From NCBI GenBank assembly GCA_009840385.1, contig VXNX01000013.1, positions 84,723 through 148,722 on the forward strand: DNA of 64,000 bases, read 5' to 3'. Below are positions 8,947-16,075 of the stretch, one piece after another. The DNA comes from Candidatus Dadabacteria bacterium. GTDB lineage: Bacteria; Desulfobacterota_D; UBA1144; Nemesobacterales; Nemesobacteraceae. The stretch's first letter is position 1. Each line of letters begins with the position of its first letter. The position numbers were made by a program, and so were the translations under genes. The notes under the pieces were generated by a model, which did not search any database, had not been told where the DNA came from, and saw only the letters and a list, made by a program, of their open reading frames with translations.

Positions 8947-9984
8947 ATGCAACTCCGCAAATTATTGAACGGACTGAAGACCGCGTACAGCGGGTCGAAC
9001 GTCGCCCGCCGCGTGCAATACTTCAATGGATGGACAGACAGGGCGTCCGCGGAGAATACCGGTGCGGCGGACTATGATCACACCAAGACCGTCAAGGAAT
9101 ACTACGACCTTTGCAGCGAGCTCATGGTGTTCGGCTGGGGCGAATCCCTTCACTTCGCACCGCTGTCGCCCCGCGAGAGCCTGGAGGACTCCAAGATTCG
9201 GCATCAGCGGCTGATGATTGCCAAGCTGGAGCTGCACGAGGGGATGACGGTGGTCGATATCGGTTGCGGGATCGGCGGCCCGATGCGCCGTGTCGTCCGC
9301 GAGGCCGGAGTCAGGGTCGTCGGGGTCAACAACAATGAAATCCAGTTGGACAAGGCAAAATCGTTGAACGTTGAGGCAGGGCTCGACCACATGGTCGACT
9401 ACATCGCGTGCAGCTTCATGGACATGAGCGCCATCGCGGATGACACCTTCGACCGGGGCTACGCGATCGAATCGACGTGCCACGCGCCAAAAAAGACGGA
9501 CGCGTTCGCCGAGATCTACCGCGTGCTGAAACCCGGAGCCCTCTTCTGGGGTCAGGAAATGTGCCTTACGGACAAGTTCGATCCCGACGACAACCGGCAC
9601 CAAGCCATCAAGCAGGAACTAATGCACGGCATCGCGCTCAAGGATATCGCGACGATGGGCGAGGTGGACCGGGCGCTTGAAACCGTGGGATTCCAGGTCG
9701 TCGAGGGGGCGGACCTAGCCGTCGAGGAGAACGGTCCGACCACGCCGTGGTACCAACCCATGGAAACCCGGCACGGAACGCTGGACAATTTCCTGCCTAG
9801 GCTTCCGCTGGGGCGTAAGGTGTTCATCGGGGCATCCAGGCTGGCCGAGATACTGGGGGTGTTCCCGAAAGGTTCCGCGGAAGTCTTCAGTCTGATGGAT
9901 CGGACCGCCGACGCCTATGTCGCGGGCGGCAGGACCGGGGTCTTCACGCCGCTATATTGCTTCCTGGCACGCAAACCCCTCTAA
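8947..9984 (+). CDS. Sterol C-24 methyltransferase-like SAM-dependent methyltransferase (Erg6/SMT family)
   Basis: Collinear with yeast Erg6 as I recall it: EYYDL..FGWGESLHF, SAM motif VVDIGCGIGGP, YAIESTCHAP (Erg6 YAIEATCHAP), IYRVLKPG, and the C-terminal sterol-MT domain ending FTPLYCFLARKP (Erg6 FTPMMLFVARKP). Confidence 0.85.
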   Translation: MQLRKLLNGLKTAYSGSNVARRVQYFNGWTDRASAENTGAADYDHTKTVKEYYDLCSELMVFGWGESLHFAPLSPRESLEDSKIRHQRLMIAKLELHEGMTVVDIGCGIGGPMRRVVREAGVRVVGVNNNEIQLDKAKSLNVEAGLDHMVDYIACSFMDMSAIADDTFDRGYAIESTCHAPKKTDAFAEIYRVLKPGALFWGQEMCLTDKFDPDDNRHQAIKQELMHGIALKDIATMGEVDRALETVGFQVVEGADLAVEENGPTTPWYQPMETRHGTLDNFLPRLPLGRKVFIGASRLAEILGVFPKGSAEVFSLMDRTADAYVAGGRTGVFTPLYCFLARKPL

Positions 9985-10119
9985 ATCCCCGCATTCCCTA
10001 GTGCTCCAGCGGATCCTCCCATGGCGCACTTCAGGCGGACAATTTGCACATCCGCTCGGCAATGCGGAATTTCAGCTTTTGGTTCGGTTTCATCGCAGGT
10101 AAGGGTATATCTTAGGGAA

Positions 10120-11568
10120 TCAATAAGCTGCGCGTCTTGCAATTTCTTTAAGCATCTGCCTGAAAATAATCCAGTGGATTGGATAAAGACCATACCAGTA
10201 AAGCAGACCGCCGAGACCCAAGGGCTGGAAAACGGCCGTCTGCGTTATCTGACTGCCCCTTTCAGCGGGCTCGACTTCAAACTGAAGCCACGCCTGACCA
10301 GGCAACCTCATTTCCGCTCTCAGGCTCAGCAGTCGATTCTCTTCATACGCCTCAACACGCCAGAAATCCAGAGGGTCGCCCTGGCGCAAGTCGGTCGGAT
10401 GCCGCCTGCCCCTCCGCATCCCTACTCCACCCACCAGCAGATCAACCAGGCCGCGCAGATACCATATCCAAGTGGCAAAATACCAGCCCTGCTCTCCGCC
10501 AATGCGTCGTATGGGCGCGAAGGCTCGGGCGGGGTTCACTTTGACGACGGCCTGCTGGCGGTCAACAAGTTGTGAGCCGAAACGTCTTCTGCCCCAAGAC
10601 GGCCGGTTACCGCTTGAAGACACGGCGTCGCTCCAGCGGGTCTGGGCAATTTCCATATTTTCCTGCTTAAGGGCACGGTCTATCGCTTGGCGCACTCCCA
10701 AGGGATGTACCGGGAAACGCTTCAGGGCCGTTTTATCGCGGACGATGGTCTCGTTGCGTAAACCGTCAACGAGTTTCCTTCCCACCCGGGCGTAAAGGGG
10801 AGTCACAAGACCCAGCCAGAGACTTGAGAGATTGGGACTCAGTACAGGCACCGGAATCATGAAGCGCCGCACGCCGATCTGGCGTGCGTACTCCTGCATC
10901 AACTCACCGTAGGTAACCTGGTCAGGACCGGCGATTTCAAAAACCGCGCTGTCTTGCAGTTCCAGATCCAAGCCACAAATGAGATAGGCTATTACGTCTT
11001 CGATGGCGATGGGCTGGGTTAATGTTCTCACCCAGCTCGGGGTAACCATCAGCGGCAGCCTGTCAACCAGGCTTCGCAGCAACTCAAAAGAAAGCGATCC
11101 CGAGCCGATTATGATCGAGGCGCGAAATTCCAAGGTCAGGGGACCTTCTGAGGCCAGAATATCCCCTACTTCCCTGCGGCTCGCTAAGTGAGAGGAAAGT
11201 TCACCATCTCCGAACAAGCCTCCCAGATAAATAATTCGACGCACCCCATGTCGGCGTGCAACCCGGGCAAAATTACGCGCCCCGATACGGTCCTGCTCCT
11301 CGAAGTTGTCCCCGGAACCCATGGAATGGACCATGTAGTAGGCCGTGTCCACCCCTTCAAGCGCGATCTCGAGAGAATCAGGGTCAAGCACATCGCCGGC
11401 GATAATCCGGGTATCGGGGGAGAAACGACCGGCGAGATATCCGGGATTGCGGGCAAGACAACGCACCGGCTCTCCCCTTCCCTCCAAAGCCGGGACCAGC
11501 CGCCCGCCAACATAACCGCTTGCCCCCGTTACCAGTATAATCCGGTCTTCTTTCTTATCATCGGACAT
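10120..11568 (-). CDS. Atypical SDR / NmrA-like NAD(P)-binding protein with C-terminal DUF2867-like domain
   Basis: ILVTGASGYVGGRL Rossmann motif at the N-terminus. The ~150-aa C-terminal region resembles DUF2867 fusions. GC-rich by eye. Confidence 0.7.
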   Translation of the reverse strand: MSDDKKEDRIILVTGASGYVGGRLVPALEGRGEPVRCLARNPGYLAGRFSPDTRIIAGDVLDPDSLEIALEGVDTAYYMVHSMGSGDNFEEQDRIGARNFARVARRHGVRRIIYLGGLFGDGELSSHLASRREVGDILASEGPLTLEFRASIIIGSGSLSFELLRSLVDRLPLMVTPSWVRTLTQPIAIEDVIAYLICGLDLELQDSAVFEIAGPDQVTYGELMQEYARQIGVRRFMIPVPVLSPNLSSLWLGLVTPLYARVGRKLVDGLRNETIVRDKTALKRFPVHPLGVRQAIDRALKQENMEIAQTRWSDAVSSSGNRPSWGRRRFGSQLVDRQQAVVKVNPARAFAPIRRIGGEQGWYFATWIWYLRGLVDLLVGGVGMRRGRRHPTDLRQGDPLDFWRVEAYEENRLLSLRAEMRLPGQAWLQFEVEPAERGSQITQTAVFQPLGLGGLLYWYGLYPIHWIIFRQMLKEIARRAAY

Positions 11569-11611
11569 TAACTTCTCGATGCAATTATTAACTGAGATTA
11601 ATTAACCTCTT

Positions 11612-12523
11612 TTAAAAAACATCGCTGAGCTTTTTTGCTGTCCTGAGCTTTTCAAATGTGGTGTAGCGTAGCCCCTGCATAGCTCCAAGCGGAGCGTCGC
11701 TGAAAGGTATCGGCCCAATCTCTTGTGCTTTCTCAGAGAAAACAATCCGATACTTACCACTCTCCCCATATGGTTCGATCCGGTCAACCGGCGCATAGTG
11801 TGTGATTGCGGAAACTGGATTTGTTTGATAAGCGGCGATGTATTTAATCTTTCCAAGCATCCCACCAGAGATACGTATTGCATGCCAAGAGTCTTCTCCG
11901 AGAAAGACCTTCTTAAACCCCTCTTCACGTGCGGGCACTATTACAGTATCGGGTTTGTGCGAAGGCAAATTGGGCAGTATATCTTCAGTAGTAGCTCTTG
12001 GCGTAGCAACTGGTTTCGGAAACTCGAACACTCGCAAGCCCACCAATGGGAGTATTTGGAGGATTTCCTTTAGAAATCTCTTTGTATCCGCTTTCTCAGA
12101 TTCAGTCATCACAGGTTCTTGCGGAACATTACCGTTGGCCAAATGGCAGCGGTTAGCTTGCGCTGCACGATCCAGTAGCGCATATTCCAGCCAAGTAATA
12201 TGAGCCCGGTTGAGACCATCATTGGCTGAAACAAACACGATCCCATGATCCCAGAAATCCTTATCCTTATAGTGAGACTCAATACGTTTATGGACACCAT
12301 CCGCCTGACCAACATAAATAGTTGGCAACTCATCATCCTCATTCTCATAACCCTTTAACATATAAACACCGGCTCGAGTGAACTCAGGACGCTGCTTGAT
12401 TTCTGCCCATTTGGAACGTGGAAAGGCCAAACCGACCCCTGTCCAATTCATATGGTCAATCACCATAAGGCTTTCTGGGTCGCCATCGGGGACATATATG
12501 TGGATTGTAAACGCTTCAGCCAT
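11612..12523 (-). CDS. GIY-YIG nuclease family protein with C-terminal DUF4357-like domain
   Basis: AGVYMLKGY ... TIYVGQADGVHKRIESH (GIY / YVG / Arg-His block), then a ~110-aa C-terminal domain. Lower GC than its neighbours by eye. Confidence 0.7.
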   Translation of the reverse strand: MAEAFTIHIYVPDGDPESLMVIDHMNWTGVGLAFPRSKWAEIKQRPEFTRAGVYMLKGYENEDDELPTIYVGQADGVHKRIESHYKDKDFWDHGIVFVSANDGLNRAHITWLEYALLDRAAQANRCHLANGNVPQEPVMTESEKADTKRFLKEILQILPLVGLRVFEFPKPVATPRATTEDILPNLPSHKPDTVIVPAREEGFKKVFLGEDSWHAIRISGGMLGKIKYIAAYQTNPVSAITHYAPVDRIEPYGESGKYRIVFSEKAQEIGPIPFSDAPLGAMQGLRYTTFEKLRTAKKLSDVF

Positions 12524-12831
12524 TAATTGCTCTGGTTTTTAATACTCCCACACTGAGAACTTAATATTGATGATTTCATTAGACCTAGAACTGGAGCATA
12601 CTCCAAACAAATTCTATGTAATGAGAAAATATATGTAAGAACATGTTTAATTGTCAATCATGTATGCACAACTATAAGAACGTGTTCTGAGTTTGCTAAA
12701 ATTCAGGTTTTGACATTTCTTCAAATTTCTTCTTATGGTTCAGGAAAATCACATCCAATCCCCTACCTTGATGGAAATTGCTAAAAAAATGTTTTTGCCC
12801 AAAAAGGAAAAGAGTCCTCAGTATACGGAAA

Positions 12832-13500
12832 CTAGGAAAGCAGTTTCTGAATTCTCTTTATCCTCTCTTCTTCCGTTTCCTCTTCCTTCAAGCTTGGGGG
12901 AATCCCGTTTCCTCTTATCACGGCGGGCCTTTCGCCAACTTCGGCATGCCACCTAGTAAGATTCGGAAAAGCCCTGAGATCCAGTTCCGCCCAGTCGTAA
13001 GCGTTTATCCAGGGCCATGTGGCTATGTCGGCGATCGAATACTCTTCTGCAAGATACTCCACTTCAGAGAGTCTTCCGTCGAGTATCGAGTAGAGCCTTT
13101 TAGTCTCCTCGGTGTATCTCTTTATGGCATAGGGTATTTTTTCCGGGGCGTACTTTAAAAAGACGTTCAGCTGTCCCTGCATGGGCCCTACCGCCGACAT
13201 CTGGAACATGAGCCACTGGATGCACGTTGTTCTGCGACTGTCCCCTAGGGGCGGAAGAAAGTTTCCGAACTTGTCGGCAAGATATATGAGTATGGCTCCT
13301 GACTCAAAAACCGCCGTGCCGTCATCATTGTCAACTATTGCGGGTATTTTCCCGTTCGGGTTTATCTCGAGAAACCACGGCTCCTTGTGTTCAAGCTCAG
13401 AGAGGTTAAGAGCGTGAATCTTGTAGGCGGCTCCCAGTTCTTCAAGCATTATTGAAACCTTCTTGCCGTTCGGCGTGGCCGCCGTGTAGAGATCGATCAT
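12832..13500 (-). CDS. Glutathione S-transferase (Nu-class, YfcG/YghU-like)
   Basis: [36 protein letters not shown]-terminal thioredoxin-like domain plus a helical C-terminal domain. Confidence 0.85.
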   Translation of the reverse strand: MIDLYTAATPNGKKVSIMLEELGAAYKIHALNLSELEHKEPWFLEINPNGKIPAIVDNDDGTAVFESGAILIYLADKFGNFLPPLGDSRRTTCIQWLMFQMSAVGPMQGQLNVFLKYAPEKIPYAIKRYTEETKRLYSILDGRLSEVEYLAEEYSIADIATWPWINAYDWAELDLRAFPNLTRWHAEVGERPAVIRGNGIPPSLKEEETEEERIKRIQKLLS

Positions 13501-13533
13501 TTTTTGCCTCGGTTTATATCGGGCCCTCAGTTA

Positions 13534-13546
13534 GGGAATTATATAC
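13534..13546 (-). promoter_or_regulatory. Promoter-like motif (minus strand GTATATAATTCCC) upstream of the GST gene
   Basis: TATAAT-TCCC lies ~35 nt upstream of the ATG at 13500. A GAGG SD lies between them. Confidence 0.45.
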
Positions 13547-13630
13547 AATAGTTACGAAAAATCCGGTCAATTTAACTTGTTTCCTGCATCGGCCGTATAT
13601 GTTAAATTTTCTTTTGGAAGGAGTCAGACG

Positions 13631-13702
13631 ATGACCGCAACAGGTCACGCTCCCGAAATGAAACGTAGATTGAGTACGGCTGGACGAAGGATGCCCAGAT
13701 GA
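13631..13702 (+). CDS. Possible 23-aa upstream ORF (MTATGHAPEMKRRLSTAGRRMPR) coupled to the hydroxylase gene
   Basis: Strong SD (GGAAGGAG) 7 nt upstream of the ATG at 13631. Its TGA (13700-13702) overlaps the ATG (13699) of the next gene as ATGA. Confidence 0.25.
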   Translation: MTATGHAPEMKRRLSTAGRRMPR

Positions 13703-14334
13703 CCTATATAATAAGCGCAATCCTGGTGATGAGCGGATTTATGGCCGGAGCCCAGCTGGCCTACTCTAAGCTCTATGACTGGAGAATAGCCGAGGGAGAC
13801 GGCAGTCGTCTCAAGGACCGTTACAGAAATGCTTCAATGAACGGAACGATCGCCGTGGCGCTTTACCTTGTCGCGATCGTGATGTTCGGGGAACTCCTGA
13901 TAGACTTGGATGCAGCTTCCACCTGGTACAAGCCCATCCTTGTCCTGCTGCTTTACGATTTCGGGTACTACTGGCTGCATCGTCTGCTGCATGTGCGGAA
14001 AGTCATGCAGAAAGTGCACTGGGTTCATCACATGAACCTGCATCCCACTGCCGTCGACTCCCTGTATCTGCACCCGGTGGAAATGATCGCGGGGCTGGCT
14101 TTCCTGTTAATCTCGATAGTGATAGTGGGCCCCTTGGGTATCGGAGCGTTTCTGGCGGTCGTTTTGCTTCATACCATCATCAACATACTGCATCATACGA
14201 ATCTGCAGCTACCCTATCGTCTGGCATGGCTCGCGAACCACTGGGCCTCAAGTCACGATGCGCATCATAGCCAGGGAGGAAATTACGGAGTGATTACGCC
14301 TGTATGGGACTGGATATTCGGAACGCGCTCATAA
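13699..14334 (+). CDS. Fatty-acid hydroxylase superfamily membrane di-iron enzyme (sterol desaturase / C-4 methyl oxidase, Erg3/Erg25-like)
   Basis: Three His boxes (HRLLH, HWVHH, HDAHH) and 4 predicted TM segments in 211 aa. Confidence 0.8.
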   Translation: MTYIISAILVMSGFMAGAQLAYSKLYDWRIAEGDGSRLKDRYRNASMNGTIAVALYLVAIVMFGELLIDLDAASTWYKPILVLLLYDFGYYWLHRLLHVRKVMQKVHWVHHMNLHPTAVDSLYLHPVEMIAGLAFLLISIVIVGPLGIGAFLAVVLLHTIINILHHTNLQLPYRLAWLANHWASSHDAHHSQGGNYGVITPVWDWIFGTRS

Positions 14335-15410
14335 AAGGTCCCGTACTGGTAACCGGCGGATGTGGATTCATCGGAGGGGCGATTGTCCACGCATTGGCCG
14401 ACGAGGGGCGGGATGTGCGGGTAGTCAGTCCGCATTGCCATTCGTTTCGGTCCGACGTGCGATTTCTGAACGTGGATATCAGAGACCTGTCTGCCCTCGT
14501 CCGGGCTTGCCAAGGATGCGAGACGGTTATTCATTGCGCGTCCGTCGTACAGACCCGCAACACGGCACGGGATGAAATGTGGTCCGTGAACTACGGCGGG
14601 ACGGTCAACGTGATAGAAGCATGCAGGAGGGCTGGGGTACGCAAACTCGTGCATATCAGTTCGGCCAGCGTGGTTTTCGAGGGCAGGGATATCGAGGCCG
14701 GAGACGAGACCCTTCCCTATGCGGAAGTATCTATGAGCGCCTACGTGGACAGCAAGATAGAGGCGGAACGGCGTGTCCTGGAATTCGCTACAGAGGATGT
14801 AACCCGGGCATGCGCGCTGCGTCCTCACCTTGTCTTCGGTCCGGGAGACCAACGTTTCCTCCCGAACATTCTCAAACGGGCAGACGGGGCAGGTATCCGG
14901 GAAGTTGGTCGGAGGGAGAAGCTGTCCGATTTCGTCTATGTCGACAATGTGGTCGATGCCGTGCTGGCCGCGGAACGGGCCCTTGACTCGAACGGGCTGG
15001 TATCCGGTCAGGCATATTTCGTGACAAACGCGGAGCCGGTCCCGTTTTTCGAGTTCATAGAACGCCTGCTTATGGCGTCAGGGTACGGTCCCATCCGACG
15101 ACGTATTCCCTACTGGGTGGCGTACGCGGGAGCGGGCATTGTGGAGGGCTTCCATGCCGTGATACGACGGGGTTTGGTCCCGGAGGACGGCCTGTCCCGG
15201 TTCGCGGTCCGCTACTTGAATACGCATCACTACTTCCGTATTGACAAGGCGTGCCGCGACCTGCATTGGCAACCCCGCGTATCCCTTGCCGAGGGGATAG
15301 CACGCACGGCCGATTCGTTGCACGATTCGGCGTACGACAGGGCGTTACGTGTTCAACAAGAACCCTCTATCGCAAAGGAACCAGACGATAAAGGTGATGT
15401 CCCGCGATAA
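14304..15410 (+). CDS. 3-beta-hydroxysteroid dehydrogenase/isomerase-family NAD(P) enzyme (Erg26/NSDHL-like)
   Basis: VLVTGGCGFIGGAIV Rossmann motif, catalytic YVDSK (YxxxK), and extended-SDR architecture. Overlaps the preceding gene by 31 nt, so the two are probably co-transcribed. Confidence 0.8.
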   Translation: MGLDIRNALIKGPVLVTGGCGFIGGAIVHALADEGRDVRVVSPHCHSFRSDVRFLNVDIRDLSALVRACQGCETVIHCASVVQTRNTARDEMWSVNYGGTVNVIEACRRAGVRKLVHISSASVVFEGRDIEAGDETLPYAEVSMSAYVDSKIEAERRVLEFATEDVTRACALRPHLVFGPGDQRFLPNILKRADGAGIREVGRREKLSDFVYVDNVVDAVLAAERALDSNGLVSGQAYFVTNAEPVPFFEFIERLLMASGYGPIRRRIPYWVAYAGAGIVEGFHAVIRRGLVPEDGLSRFAVRYLNTHHYFRIDKACRDLHWQPRVSLAEGIARTADSLHDSAYDRALRVQQEPSIAKEPDDKGDVPR

Positions 15411-15466
15411 CTGGACCTTCGACGCACAGATCGTAACCGCCGTAGGAATGTTCAGCGCAGGGTCCA

Positions 15467-16066
15467 TTAGGCCTGAATCTCGTCCGCTCTCTCAAGATGT
15501 TTCGCGTATTCAATAATTTCCGGGAAAAACCGGTTGAAATGCTCGTTCATCTCGTCGTAGTGCGCCACGAGTTCCTGCTCGGACCCGGAAAGGGGATTTT
15601 TTCTCCTTACTCTTATCGACATCCCCCGGAATACGACGCTTAGCCCGGAAATGCTCCGGTACTTCTCTATCCAGCCGTCCTTGATGATGGTGTTTATCCT
15701 GGCCGCCGCGTGCTCGGGGAAGATATCCGCCGCCCCGAGGATTATACCGTACGACCTGTCAAGAAAGTCCCTTAGGCTCTCATCCGAATACCTCTCCCAG
15801 TTAACGGCAAGCAGGTGGTCATAGAAGATGTCAAGAATAACCCTACTCCAGCGCCTGCGCTCGGGACTTATAAGCCGGGCGCACTCCCTCGTTATTTCAT
15901 GAGAATCCGTCCAGGCGTCAATCCTGCGGTGCATCACTATCCCGCGTCTTATGCCCGGGGAATAGCGGTCCTCGGTGAGGCGGCCCTTCACGAAATCGCC
16001 CAGGAAATTTCCTATCAGGCATTCAGGGTCATCCCCGGCAAGGCGGATATGGGCAAGGTAGTTCAT
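15467..16066 (-). CDS. acpH: Acyl carrier protein phosphodiesterase
   Basis: MNYLAHIRLAGDDPECLIGNFLGDFVKG matches the AcpH N-terminus. ~200 aa. Confidence 0.8.
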   Translation of the reverse strand: MNYLAHIRLAGDDPECLIGNFLGDFVKGRLTEDRYSPGIRRGIVMHRRIDAWTDSHEITRECARLISPERRRWSRVILDIFYDHLLAVNWERYSDESLRDFLDRSYGIILGAADIFPEHAAARINTIIKDGWIEKYRSISGLSVVFRGMSIRVRRKNPLSGSEQELVAHYDEMNEHFNRFFPEIIEYAKHLERADEIQA

Positions 16067-16075
16067 CTGCGAACG

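Noticed and set aside
8962-9603. 213-aa ORF antisense to the SMT-like gene, and similar antisense ORFs at 10021-10575, 14283-14852, 23769-24395, 38149-38823 and 56700-57419
   Set aside because: All overlap genes with strong family motifs on the other strand and have no motifs of their own.
12636-12686. LexA (Cheo-box-like GAAC-N4-GTTC) sites in the AT-rich spacer
   Set aside because: The GAAC/GTTC arms are separated by 2 nt, not 4, in AGAACGTGTTCT, and the other copy lacks the second arm. I report them only as repeated 12-mers.
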